62,610 nt of DNA, filler included, from Sphacelaria rigidula (GCA_964200075.2; 9 parts of 9 records of this genome joined end to end with filler, not necessarily neighbours in it), one strand, 5' to 3'. Positions 13,938 through 27,369 are shown, counted from the first letter of the whole stretch. The notes: a model not told the origin generated them from the letters alone. Made by a program: numbers and translations.

Positions 13938-14167
13938 AGGCAAGTCAGGCTTACTTTAGACGACGACCAGCGACACCTCTGATATCGCAGTCCATGGATG
14001 GCGTTAAATGCTTCTTGTATTATCGGCGAGCAGGCTAACTGCTGCTGTACGCGCTGAGATCAGTTGTGAAAGCTCTGTGAAAACGTGGGTAGACAATCGG
14101 ATACCAAGCATGGCAAAAGTATGAGACATGGAGCCTAGTCGACTGGAAATGACCAATAAATCCGTGA
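13938..14167 (+). repeat. 230-bp near-identical direct repeat of 18545-18774
   Basis: Only two differences noticed by eye; diverged third copy near 20620-20740. Confidence 0.9.
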
Positions 14168-15124
14168 CATGCCCCCAGCCTTTTTCATAAGGCTAAACAA
14201 GAAGGATTTATGGGCTGGGGGGGACGGAAAAAGAACGAAGCCTTTGCATCAACGCCTGAAGATAAAACGAGAAAAACCTGCATAATTACAATGCAGGGGA
14301 AAACACGAGCTCTAATGGATAGATTAACCCTGTTAGGCAGGGGGAAACCCCATCCGTTAGGGAAGGAAAAAAATCTACAGCTCCCTTTCCAACGACAGAA
14401 ACAACAGGCAAGTACGGTTTCTGTCGTTTTTCCGAGATCTCACTTAGACTGGCGAATGATTGGCTAGTTAGCTTAATCGCGCATCGACACCCTGGATCAG
14501 TTACACTAGATTATGGGGTAGTGCGGAGCTTGAACCTCGCTAAAAACAACCTTTCCACGAACTGATCAATAGTTGCAGGAGTGCAGCTTTTGAGGGGTGC
14601 TCTTCTGGAACTACTGACGCCTATTCTTTTGGAAATAGAGCCCACGCGCCTTGGCTCACACATGTGCCCGTATGTTACCGAATGGGGAGCAATATAGAGG
14701 GGAGCAATATATAACAAAGCGATGAGAGAAAAAGACAGGAACACTCGAAATTTACTACTGAAACGTACGATACCAGCGATATATAGCTACTCATTCACTT
14801 ATTTCATCACCACATTCCTCTCGCGATGATATCATATACCACATCACACAACAGCTACTCGTTGACGTCGATGGCTGCAGTCTATCTTTGGTTCCTCCGT
14901 TCCAGCTTGGGGCGCTCGAGTTCCCGGCGACATAGCTCTTTCCAGTCTCCATCTTTGTATCGTACTCGCCGAAAGCAATTCCCATAATCATACACTTAGC
15001 GCTTCAGCTTGGCACTGCTCTAGCTTTTCCAGGAGGTAGCACCTATGAGCAAAAGCTTCAAGGCATCACTACGTGGGGGAGCGGGGTACTTCGAGTGCGA
15101 TGGCAAGGTCGAAGAAACTGTGGG

Positions 15125-15592
15125 GATGATACAGGTGCAAAAGACTCATGACGCAGTATGAAGAAATGGGCTGTGGGAAAATATATGGGGAACTGGGATA
15201 AAAGGAAAGGTGTGGACGATGGTGAAGATGACAGAAATGTGCCAAAAGTGCGATGATGCTAGACCGGGAAATATCGAAACATTTGATATTTTTCAAGGAG
15301 CTGCACCTTGATGTATGTTATCACCCACTCTACTCGAGTTATTCATTGATGACCTGATATTGGCATTAGACACAGCAAAGCAAGGGGTGAAGTTGATGAA
15401 GAAATTGGAAACAGTATAGATGGCAGCAGCTAAGAAAATACTTGGATGCAGTGAAGTTAGTGAGGACGTTGGAAACAGTTCAGATTGCAACAGCTCAAAA
15501 AATACTTGGATGCAGTGAAGTTGGTGAAGACGTTGGAAAGAGTACAGATTGCAACAGCTCAGAAAATACTTGGGTGTAGTGAAGTTGGTGAA
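15125..15592 (+). mobile_element. Decayed LINE reverse-transcriptase fragment
   Basis: VQKTHDAV*RNGLW...GIKGKVW and QGAAP*CMLSPTLLELFIDDLI motifs; LETVQ.A.A.KILGCS segment present three times in tandem. Confidence 0.75.
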
Positions 15593-17204
15593 GGGTTTGG
15601 ACGGGGCTGGTTGTATGCCGGTATTATCGATCAACAGGCTAATGGACTTCTGAGACCCTGCAGTAAAGACGCCTTTGTCGACATTCACCAAAAATAAAAT
15701 CGCGTAGTCGACAAACGTTGCAGGGGGAAGTTGAGGGATGAGTAACACCTCGGTCACGAAGCTTGTTAAATTCTTCTCTAATCATGCGGCGTTCTTATGG
15801 TGAGAGGCCGCGTTTTTTTGTGGCAAGGGGTGTGCATGCTGTACAACAACCAGCAAAACTGTCGGAACTCGTACTTCGCCCCCCCAAGGGGGTTCAGCCA
15901 CCACTGCAGCGAAATAAGCGTCTGAAAACCATATGTTGGGACTCTCCGTCAAAGACAAGATGTATAGTCACGCAGTCAACTTGCATGGTACGCTGGGCAT
16001 GAAGGGCAAAAGGAAAAAATAGGGAAACTACGTATGTATGCGTACGGAATAAGTTATGTCAAAGCAAGCACGGGAAAAGAAGTGGCTGCATGATATCGAA
16101 AACCAAGTTTAAAGCAACTGAACAAAGTAGTATCAAACTACGGTTCCGGGAAGGAACAAGACAGTATCCAACTACGGTACAGGGTTCGTCAAGAAGTCAA
16201 CCTGGTGAAAAGTAAACCATACAACCAATTATGGGATAAAATCGGGGTCATGTTCAGTTACACTAAGGTGGTAACCCTGCTACCGGCATGCTATGAAAAG
16301 ATGCACGAGATTAGCTGAACCAAACCAAATTACTGACACTCCACGCTGGAACATACCGTCATTGGTAAACCGTTCAGTGTTTCCTGCGTGCCCTACCCGA
16401 CGCAATCACGTTCAGCGCCGGCTCCCTCATCGGTATGCGACACACCCAGGACAAGAGTGCAGCTAAAATAAGGGCGGAAGTAATAGAGGGCACGGTTAGT
16501 ATACGTTGGAAGTCTCGGGGTACATGGGGATGAAACGATTAGGAGAGGAATCCTGCTCGAGCATGATGAATACAGGCAGTGCAACAGACAGGGTCATGCG
16601 GATAGCCTACACCCGCACGGTCAAAAAAACAGCATCAAGGGCGCAAAACACAAAACAAAATGGGCAGAACATAAAAGGCGACCGTGGCGCAAAATTCTAA
16701 AGCACCCAAAATACAATCGGGTGACTCAAAAGACAGTTACGGTAGACACGACACCCGGAGATGCAGAAAATATGAGTATGTAAGACGAAATAAAAAGAAA
16801 CAAGACCAAAAGAAATTTCAAGCTTCACCACACGTGCATTTCACAAATCCCCAAGGCCACAATAAAAATGCAACCCCGGAAACAAAATACATACTGATCA
16901 TGGTGGGTTGATTGTACCCAATTCAATATGCAAGGAAAAGACCGAAATAATTTGGAGAATGCCTGGAACACGATCATTGCTGGTTAGGTACAGTGGTGAT
17001 ATTATGGGTGAACGGTATAGGTCAGGCGAAGGTGATAAAATCCAGGTGATAATGACAAAAACTGTGCGTTCAAATCAGAGCAAGGTACTGAATGATGAAA
17101 GCATGAGGGCGGAAAATAAATGTGCATATGACAACATGCGATGCGATAGCAAGCAAGAAAAGTACAGCCGACAGTAGGCGGTAGAGGCAAAAATAAGAAC
17201 ACAA

Positions 17205-17269
17205 CAAGCGGGACAACAACAGCAAACCAGGGTAGCAGAAAGCACGGTGGAAACAGCAGCAGCAGCAAC

Positions 17270-17303
<34 letters not shown>

Positions 17304-17311
17304 CAACAACA

Positions 17312-17364
<53 letters not shown>

Positions 17365-17649
17365 AATAGAAAAAACAAACAATGGTACAGCCGCGAGACG
17401 AAAACACGCCGAGAACAGCAACGAACAGTACAGAAGAACGGTAGCGGCAGTAACGACAACAACAACGAACAACGAGGTAGCAGAAGCATGCAGCAGTAGT
17501 AACGACAACACAGCCGTGCGTAGAAAACACAACAACGGCGGGTAGCAACAGCACACCAGTGCGTCGAGCAGCAGCAGCACAGCAATAAGCGCAACGCAAC
17601 ACCGACACGGCACCAACAAACAACAGCGCAACGGCGGTACGGCAGCATG

Positions 17650-17698
<49 letters not shown>

Positions 17699-17700
17699 GA
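17205..17700. repeat. Compound (CAG)n/(GAC)n/(AAC)n microsatellite region
   Basis: Direct reading. Confidence 0.9.
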
Positions 17701-18824
17701 GGGCAACGGGACAGCAAAACGGCAGTGGCTCGGCAGCTCCGAGATGCCCTGAAGTGTGGCAATCCATCGTGCAGGCCGGAGTACTGTAGCACGTTCAAAA
17801 GTACGGGATATCGCCGAGTTGTAGCGCGTTCCGGTGGGCTGGTTCGGATGTGCTTGTGCGACCGTTTTTTGCCATTCATTCAATTATATATCTGCTTACG
17901 TCATTGTGCTTTGAACGTCTCGTTACCTCCGTCATATCGTAGGACGCGACACCGTTGTGGCGAAAACAACTGATCCTGGTCACCATTGAATGAGGTTGCG
18001 ATGATCTATTTGAGCATGATGAGTATGATTATGCAGCGAGCGAAAAGACGGAGCACAGGGCACCCACGGGGCAAAACCAGGGAGGAACACAGAGCACCAC
18101 GGGACAAAAACGAACTACATAGCCCATGCTCAACTTTTTATGCTCAACGTACGTATGGTAAGCAGACGACAGAACAAAAGAGTGCAAGAGACGAAGCAGT
18201 ATACCTGGCGCATTTATGTTGCAGTGCGGATCACACCCATGACGCGATAACACCCTCCAAAAAAAACATTATTTTGGTTGTATTGGTGGGACGTAGCCGG
18301 GGGTGACACCATCGGCACGCAAGTGAACTACGGGTTAGGCACCATGTCACGAATCACGTGGTGGATGTCTAGAGGTGAAGGGTGCCAGTTCGTGGGTACC
18401 CGAGCAGTCATCTCAAAAGAAGTGCAAGCACCAGGATCCGACCGAGTTCGATGATGATTGTGCGTGCAAGATGGCTCAACTAATGTTCACAGTAACTCTC
18501 CATCTGCAGTGCGTCGAGCGCATGCTCGAGACAACACCACCTGCAGGCAAGTCAGGCTTACTTTAGACGACGACCAGCGACACCTCTGATATCGCAGTCC
18601 ATGGATGGCGTTAAATGCTTCTTGTATTATCGGCGAGCAGGCTAACTGCTGCTGTACGCGCTGAGATCAGTCGTGAAAGCTCTGTGAAAACGTGGGTAGA
18701 CAATCGGATACCAAGCATGACAAAAGTATGAGACATGGAGCCTAGTCGACTGGAAATGACCAATAAATCCGTGAAATGGGTATTGCTACACGTCGAAACG
18801 CGAACCGCCTCCCGCACGAGAAGC

Positions 18825-18833
18825 AGAAGCAGT

Positions 18834-18893
<60 letters not shown>

Positions 18894-18945
18894 ATATTTA
18901 TTGCCAGTAGATGTACGCGGCTGGGGGTCGGTCTGAATCAGCTGG

Positions 18946-18979
<34 letters not shown>

Positions 18980-18980
18980 T
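18825..18980. repeat. (CAG)n followed by (CTG)n tracts
   Basis: Direct reading; related module at 19347-19480. Confidence 0.85.
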
Positions 18981-21900
18981 TTCATCGTAGACGGTCCGCG
19001 TTTCGATCGTGCGACGACACCCATGAAACTTGCGAGTGATAGCTACCGTGCTGGAAAGCGCTGGTCCGTACCACCCGCCGATGGGCTCGTGCTTCCTCAC
19101 TTGGCTAAGTGCTGGGAGATATAGCTGTGCGCATCTCTCCGTGGGAGCTGTGCACGTCGGGTGTGTCTCGCACACGTGGCTACTGCTGGCTATGGGAATA
19201 AAGCCAGGGTCCAGTACAGGGGGAAACAAGTGATACGTACTCGTACTAAAAAAGCTACAATATACTGATACAGTATGAGGGTAACAACACGCAGACAGAT
19301 CATAGTCGATTTCAAGTAGGGGGGAGGCAATAACGCGCCAGGTGCATGGGTATTGTCGCACGGCGAAACAAGGACCGCCCCCCGCACAAGAAGTGCCAGC
19401 AGTAGCAGCAGCAGTAGTAGCAACAGTAGTAGTAGCAGTAGCAGCAGCAGCAGCAGCAGCAGCAGCATCATTGCCAGTACATGTGTACTGTGACGGCGGA
19501 TATCAATCGCCTATATAGAAGGCGTTCTCGATGTGCTTGATATGGGCGATAGGTCGTATTCCAGCTGTACGTTGATGTGGTTATATTCCAGTCGGGTTTT
19601 GCAGTATCGTCCCAACCTGGTCACTCGTGTTTAGCTACCTAGCTAAGACTAATTAATAACAGAGCTATCACCCACCACTTGGAGACATCTCGCTTGCAAG
19701 CAAGTCAAGAGCACCTTTTCTGCACGTGAAAGTGGGTCCCTGCTTGGCCTTATGGTGCAGCACTGGCCGGACTCGAGGGTCTGTTACTCACGAGTTCAAG
19801 GGTCATTCCCCTCGACTGCAATTGTTTACCATAGCCAGCCGCTGACCCCGTGTCACCCCTGGCCTAGCATGTTCTTCGAGAGTGAAACCAGTATCACCTC
19901 GTGATCAGACCACGACATGGTGACTAATCGAGAAGACAACCAGTACTGCATAGCCGCATTGCTATAGAGCTGTCCTGTTTTGCGTTGTGTTTGCATACGG
20001 TGTAGAATCATGCTTTATGTTCAAGCTTGGAGTCCGCCAAGCACCGGCCAGTGTCTTTTGGGCCAAACATTGTCGTGCCGTTTCGTTTCTAGAAGCAACC
20101 ATCGAGCCGGCTAGATCGCAGCTGTCTTGTGCTTTGATATTTCCCACGCCAAAGTAGCACTGTAAGTACATCCTGTCGAGCACACCCTCATACACGGTCC
20201 TGCGTGTTCACGGCGTGGTAACCCACGCACTCCATCGCTACGACACAATGCTGCAGACAGCATGCGTTCGCCTGTGCACGAGCTTGCGCTGGGAAACGAG
20301 CGAATTTTGAAAATTCTGTTTGCGCGTCTGAACGAGCCGTTGCCGATGCTGCTGCTGCTGCTCTTCATCGTAGACGGTCCGCGTTTCGACCGTGCGACAA
20401 CACCCACGCACCTTGCGAGTGATAGCCACCGTGTCATGGTACGATACTTGCGACCTGGGTAGGAAGATGCCAGTTCAGTGGGCACCAGGGCTAGCAGACC
20501 CAAACACAGTCTAAGTATCGAAACCATTGAGTTCGATATTATCAAGTGCGAGTCAACCACCTCACCAGTGGTCAGGTGGAATGCCATGAACCACGCAGCC
20601 TGCAGCACAACATGTGCTGCATGAAGGTCAAGCTTACATTTTGTGACGACCAGAGAATCCTCTGAGATCGCAGTCCGTGATGGCGTAGATGCTCTTGTAT
20701 TATTGGCGTACAGGCTAACTTGTGCTTTGCTACTTGAGATGTATGGTCCAAAACGACTCTGACCCAAAGGGGGCAGGCAGCTGGATTCAATCAAACAATG
20801 TAGTANNNNNNNNNNNNNNNNNNNNNNNNNNNNNNNNNNNNNNNNNNNNTTAATTAATTAANNNNNNNNNNNNNNNNNNNNNNNNNNNNNNNNNNNNNNN
20901 NNNNNAACCCGAAACGATCATAGGGGGCAGAGCACCCCGCCCCGTTTCACCCCTCCCCTCTCCTTCCACCCGGCCCCCTCCCCCCCCCCCCCCCCCCATC
21001 CCCGCCGGCACGATCTTTGTCATTGTAGCTGATGATCTCGACGCGGCTTCTCCAGATGATACGGTGTTACTCTATACAGCGTATGATTTTTTCACTTTTT
21101 GTTGTTGTTTTTGATCCGATTTTCTCTGGTTCTGCTCTCTTCTTTGCTTCCCCCCCCCCGGCTCGCGGAAGGAACTTCGATGACGGGCGGAGGGGGCAGA
21201 GGGGCCGGGGGGACAAATGAGTACGCCCCCCCCTCTCCCCGTCTCGAAAGGGATGCATGGTCAATGGTCATACGACTAAGGCGAGCAACAAATGAGTACG
21301 CCCCCAACTCCCCCCCCGGCCCCTCTGCCCCCTCCGTCCGTCATCGAAGTTCCTTCCGCGAGCATTTCCCGTTTTCTATTTACCTTAGGGACGTCTATCT
21401 AATGACCACGCCTGGATTCCTGGTGGATGACACAATGTATCAATCGATCAATTGTATGTGTGCGTCCGCCATGCCCTGGATCATGATGTTCTTTGCAGAA
21501 AAAAACAGCTGTAGTATGTGACAAAACTGCCATGAAGCCTTTTTCACGCCCGAGTTTTGCGCTTGTTCCTCAAAAGCTACTGCACTAAATTGCAACATCG
21601 GTGGGGCGAGAGACGGAGGAGGACTTCGATATTTTTTAAACTTCAAGTGAAGCTGGGGATGAGGGGGAGGGGGAGTAACCGGCCGTTCTCGCGATGCAAC
21701 GCAATAAAATTAAAACAGCCAAGTGAACACGCGCTGTGTGAAAGACGGGATAACTTTTGAGTACGCGGCCGATTAAAATAAAGACTCAAGTTGCAAACCG
21801 TGCGATGAGTCATTACTTGTGTGTAATGACGGGAAAAGCGCGGGAGGAATCGAGGACGTAACCAACAGTTAGTGCTTGGAATATAGTGTACTGCGTGTTG

Positions 21901-22045
21901 CCGGCAATACAATGCCATACATGTCTCTTGCCGGCGATTTCTAATGACAACGCTGGAGTCTGCTCGGCAGACGGGTTACGATTGCGCAAAACCTCCGGAA
22001 CAGCGGCGTGAACAACCAACGCTTGTGTCCTTTTTTTGTGTGCAG

Positions 22046-22356
22046 CCCCTACCTATTCAACACCTTGGACTACATGGTCCTGTGCTCCCACTACCCCGTG
22101 TCCACCCTGTACGTGGGAGAGTACCCTTACCACCCATCTATGCTGCCCTGCCTACCCTCTACATTCTCTTACTCAGACTCATGCGACACTCCGCAGTCGG
22201 TTGCTCAGCTCGTGAGATTCAATGAGAGTGAAGATGAGAGGGACATGGTACAGTCAGGTACCATGTGGTGAGCCAGTGCCTGTACAAGCTACCTGGAGGG
22301 AGACTGCACGACTGAGCAGGGCTTCTCAGCCGCCAACTCCACAGGAACTCCCACCT
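22046..22356 (+). pseudogene. Coding-like segment with weak uracil-DNA-glycosylase-like motifs
   Basis: After a pyrimidine tract and CAG: PYLFNTLDY...VSTLYVGEYPYH...TFSY...TPQSV; past an in-frame TGA (22269), GDCTTEQGFSAAN. Could also be a spliced exon 22046-22267 (GTGAGC donor). Confidence 0.3.
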
Positions 22357-22612
22357 GGCAACTTAACCCTTCTCGCACCGGACTCCTCACGATGGTTATG
22401 TTCGCAGCACTTTCCCCCCACAAGCCACAAGCATGTGACAGCGACAGGAAGTATCAATTTGTGTTGTTTTCAAGTCAAGATGATGCTGATTCACAAAAAG
22501 GCCCCTGCAGCATCATCTTGACTTGAAAACAAACCAAATCGACACCTGCCGCTAACACACGATTATGGGGGTAAATGATCCCAAAAGAGGTAAACAGGAA
22601 TTGTAAGTTACC
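22357..22612. mobile_element. Foldback insertion flanked by 22-bp direct repeats
   Basis: GGCAACTTA...TAAGTTACC termini; perfect core stem TTGTTTTCAAGTCAAGATGATGCTG / CAGCATCATCTTGACTTGAAAACAA; flanks match at 19/22. Confidence 0.65.
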
Positions 22613-24798
22613 AACTCCAGAGGAACTCCCAGCCGATAGCTGCAACGATAGTGCACCCGCGTATCCCACCTCTCCCCATTGGTCAGCGGGTCGCGCCGCA
22701 CCGCCGCCCGATTGACCGCCGCCTTCGCTGACACCGCTGGGGTCTGGGGATGGCGGTGCACCCCATCGACCTTCGGCAGGGGCATCAGCACCGTCCGACA
22801 CGATCCGCTCCACCACTCGCAACAAGAGCGGATCAGGCACGACCTCCTCCCCGATGTCCCTGGCCAAAGCCAACCGGAGCAAGGACAGGGGGTAAGGAGG
22901 GAAAGGAGTTCATTTTACATGAAAACAAACAGAAAGGGTTCGACGCAATATTTTGCACGTATGCATGACAACATACTTTCCTCGCAGAAGCCAGTCCCTA
23001 TCATGACTTCTCCCGCGAGGTTGTCATTTGAACCATGGGTCATTTCACTACTCTTTTGACTCCATCTACCCCTCCTTCATGTGTGGGGGGTGGGGGGTGG
23101 GGGGTGGGGGTGGAGGCAATCTCTTCGATGAAATGAACGATTCGGGTGTAGTGTACAAACTCCAACACCATGAAACCAGATGCCTTCGTTTCAACATCAC
23201 GTCAGAGAAATCCCCAAGACTCGTGCGGAAATACATGTATATACCAAAACACCGAGCCGAACAGGCGGCTTCACAACTGCCCGTAGTCAAGGGGGAACTC
23301 GCGAGGCAAGCTACAGCCACTCACTCTCTTGTGTTAGCTCTGATGAAGAGCAAGGCGCTCAGGTAGCCTGCCAATCCAGTCAACAGGTCGTGCGATCTTG
23401 GTTCATCCTCAGATAGCGCTGGATCCAAAGAAGGGGAATAAAAAATACCAGGGTTACAGCCCACTAAAATACAGGAAAAGGAAAAAAAACTGTGGAGAAT
23501 GACAAACTAGAACGCAACGATGGCTCTTGCAGAACAAACAAAAGGACCACAAGCCAACGAGAGTCCGCGTGCTTGCATGAGGAGTGCTGGAAAAATAACG
23601 TTATCGTTTAGTCGACAGCGAAAGAAGGCCGTGCAGGTCATGTGCTGACTGACGAATTAGGCTGCTTCTTACGGCACACGAAAAGAAGCCCATCGTAAAT
23701 GCTTTTTGGGCTCTTCGTTGTTTCACGCCCCAAATGAGAGCTAAGCGGAGTTTGACACCTTGGAATGACTTGCTCCACTCGTTGCGGCGGTTCCAGGACA
23801 TCTTTGCGTTTTCTGGTGGTCGCAGTTTTTTCTTCGCCAAACTTGACATCTTTCTCACACTTGACCGTCTCTGGACAAAAAAGCTTGATTGGCCAAAGTA
23901 AGAACTGCGGCCACCGGAAAACGCGAATATGTCCTGGAATCGTCTTAGAGAGAAGAGTAAGTCGTTTCACGGTGTCGAATTCCGCTCCGCCTAGCTCTCT
24001 TTGTCAAGGCGTAAAACGACGAAGCAACACACACACATGTATATATATATATATATATTACAGGACATATTTTCTTTGTTTGCCACAAAGAGCGGCCTTA
24101 ACGGAAAATCGAAAGTTGAAAAAATAAATACCTTCGACCACAGTTGGAAAAAAAAGAAGAAGTTCCCCTTACTCGTCTCCCGAATCATTTTCTCTGCAGA
24201 ACTTTCAACGCACGTTGTTGCTATCGTGGTTTTCTAAAAGGCGATCAACGCGTTTGTATTACCCAACGCTTCTGGACAAAACCTCTCTCGAGTGCAGAGT
24301 GCTAGTGCTCATGGAGATAAAGGTAGATTTCTTGAGACTACGGACTCATCCCCAAGAAGGGGAGAGATTATTGAAGGTTGAAATTGTGACCAGAAGACAC
24401 CAAATAATTGAAAAAAAGGGGGGGGAAGCCGCTTCGTTCTAGTGATCATGATTTTTTTCTTCGTAGAAATTTACCGATAGACTTGATTTTTTCTCAATCT
24501 AAAAAAAAAAACGAGACAAAAAGAGACTTTTCCGGCCTCAATATTCTGCTCTGCTCGCCTATATCTTCCATTGCGGCGACCTCTCTGGCGTGATGTCGCG
24601 ACCTGGCGTCGTCCCCCATACGTTGAGCCACCGCCGCACCTACCGCGTGTACTCCAGCCGCCCCAGTGAAGAATGAAAATCCCTGATGGATTGAAGGTGT
24701 GCAGGGGATCAGAAATCGAGGGACCCAGGTCGAAGGCACCAAGGAAACCCAGGAGCGTCAGGAACCCTAGGAACGTTCGGAATTCTATAGAAGTTCAA

Positions 24799-24960
24799 CC
24801 CTGGACAATGTATGGTCAATAGATGCAATGGACCAAAAGTGTACCGGGAGAAGTATAGGCCTCTTGCAACTATTGACGACCGTCAATAGTTGCAATAGGC
24901 CTATACTTCTCCCAGTACATTTCTCATCTATTGCATCTATTGGCCATATATTGTCCAGGG
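24799..24960. repeat. 162-bp near-perfect palindrome (MITE or small-RNA hairpin)
   Basis: Two 80-bp arms CCCTGGACAAT...TATTGACG / CGTCAATAG...ATTGTCCAGGG separated by 2 nt. Confidence 0.9.
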
Positions 24961-24973
24961 CGCGTAAAAGTTA

Positions 24974-25201
24974 CACAAGCCGGACAGATCATGATCCGTC
25001 TGAAAAATTACTTCCTCTCAGTAGTATACTGATCGTCGGGATCATGATCCGGATCATTCGGCCCTTCCTTTCCATGTTTGCTCTCCACAGCGCCGGACGC
25101 CGTGCACGCCGTGTAGCGAAAAGGTTGCGCTTTGGCTTTTCTGACTCCGCGGTCATGCATTCTGTGTTATCGGACCAACGGACCTGATCTGTCCGACTTG
25201 T
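24974..25201. mobile_element. Small TIR element
   Basis: ACAAGCCGGACAGATCA ... TGATCTGTCCGACTTGT inverted termini. Confidence 0.5.
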
Positions 25202-25548
25202 AAAAAGTTAGGCCCCGTAAGAAAGCTAGGAACCCTAGGAACTTCCGAAGCTCTGACAGCCTCGGGGACCCCGGGGACGACAGGAGCACGCTCTTCATAC
25301 GCACAATGCAACTATTTGGTATACGAACTAATCAGCAATTGATAGGTCAGATCATTGTTTTCCCTCTGATCTGAGTCTCGGACGAGGCAGAGTCGTCTCA
25401 TGTGCATTTTCTTTTCTTCTTCCTGTCTTCAAAAGGGGGCGAGGATGAGAGGGAATGAAAAAATGGCAATGCAGGATTGTTGAAAAAAATTATCACCCAA
25501 CATCCACCATCCCACCCATCATCAATCGTCGTCATCATCATCATTTCC

Positions 25549-25656
25549 TCAGACCTGCTTGCCAGAGCCTCGCTTGTTCTCTTGCCTCTCCAGCGACGCT
25601 TGAGCTGAATCTAAGTACGCGTTCGCCACCTCCAGAAGGTTTGCGAACCCTGCAAG
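25549..25656 (-). CDS. Possible terminal exon of an unknown gene
   Basis: TTTTGACAG acceptor; LAGFANLLEVANAYLDSAQASLERQENKRGSGKQV*. Confidence 0.25.
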   Translation of the reverse strand, partial: LAGFANLLEVANAYLDSAQASLERQENKRGSGKQV

Positions 25657-26199
25657 CTGTCAAAAGTCCGTTAAATTTCAGATGGGAGAGACGCAAAGAA
25701 GAAGCAAAACAAAACTCATCGACGGGAAAACAGAACCAAGAACGAATTGGGAGTGTACACGACGAAGGGAGATGGGACAGCAAAAACAATCTCCGTCTGA
25801 AACAAATAGAAGGAGAGACAGAGACAGAGGCAGACAGAGAGCGGTCAACAGATCTTCACCAAGCTGCAACGGTGGAGGGTATTGTACATTGTCAATTACA
25901 AGGAGAAAAACAGAGCCAACATGTTCATATTCAAACACACTTCGTAGTTCGATTCCCGATGCGAGTGATGCTACGGTAGAGGTGCACAAATATTTCCTGC
26001 GGTTGAAATTGTTAAGAGCCCTTCACCTCATCCGAACAGACAACTTATAATATGTGTGAGAGTTCCCCAGGACTACTATTCTCATGTGCTAGGGATATAT
26101 CCCGAATGGATTTGCAGACGGGGATGCCCTGGCCCATATTCTTGTGCATCTAGAATCGTTAGGAGCCCCTGAACGAGACAACATTTTGCGCAAAAAGTA

Positions 26200-26455
26200 C
26201 ACCCCTGCCGTAGCATTGCTCAGATGTTGGGTCTTTTCTACGTATCTTATTTCCACCGTGGAAAGCGTGAGAACGCGAGTGGACAAAGTGGTCGACTGAG
26301 TTTGTATAATGTAACTTGACGCGGTGCGGGAGTGCTGACCCAATCTGCGGGACCAAAATGCAAGGCGTGTACAGGGGACAGATGGGTTGATCTCTTGAGA
26401 CCACGGACTCGTTCCGAGGTAAGGGGAGGGTTTCAAAGTGCGGCAAAAAAAAAAT
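26200..26455 (+). mobile_element. SINE family S1 copy with A-rich tail
   Basis: Reverse complement of the 50425-50610 body; ends GGTTTCAAAGTGCGGC(A)n. Confidence 0.7.
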
Positions 26456-27369
26456 GACACGGGGACAGACCACGAAAAACAGAGTTGCCACAACAGGAGG
26501 GGGGGGAAGGCAGTACGAACAGAATGCTACGAAGATAGGACACTTCCAGACAGAATTTGGGCAAGAGTGCAACGATATAGCGGGGCGTACACCGTCATCT
26601 CTTTTTTTTTTGTGTGTAAATTATGGTACAAGCAAATCACGAGATGAACGAACGTATTTCTGCCCCGAGCACAGCACTACGGGTTCACGTATTTTTGGGC
26701 TCCGAGCAGAACACTCAAGAATTTAACATCTTCCCTCCGATGGAGGTTTCCATTGGTCAGGCGAATAACGATTCATCTGAAAATTGCACAGGTACTGTAG
26801 GTAAGGTAGGTACCCGGTACCGGCATTTGGGACGTCTCATACCTTACCAATTACGGCCCAATCGGGTATTTTCATAACTCATACTTACGATACCACGGTA
26901 TTTCGATATTTCAATACCTACCATACCCGCTCAATCGGGTATTTTCAAATCTCATAACTATGATACCCACGCGTGCCACGGTATGGGATTCCCCGGTAAA
27001 TACCGGGGGTATACTTGGTGAATACCGGACGCGATGCACTCCCCACAGTGCAGAAGCTGGTCCCAACTTACGCGAAGGCCAGAAGTTGTCGGGGCAGGTA
27101 CATCTTGTTTTCACAATATACACCCAGATTCCTCCTGGTTCCCGTGTTTGGATCTATTCGGATGAACCTATTATTATGTAATCTGAAGTGCGGTTGACTT
27201 TTTCCCCTCGATCTGATGATACACCGCATTTCTGTTCTTAGAAGGCTTCAATTCAAACTTGTAATTGGTGGCGCGCGTAGAAAAACTACAAAACAAAAAA
27301 GCTAAACCATTTCGAACGAAAAACATGCGGTCGAAAGGCACGAAGCGGCACTTGACTCTTATCTCACAG

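Noticed and set aside
17002-17973. Long overlapping ORFs rich in V/L/C/N
   Set aside because: They arise from trinucleotide microsatellites that are open in several frames.
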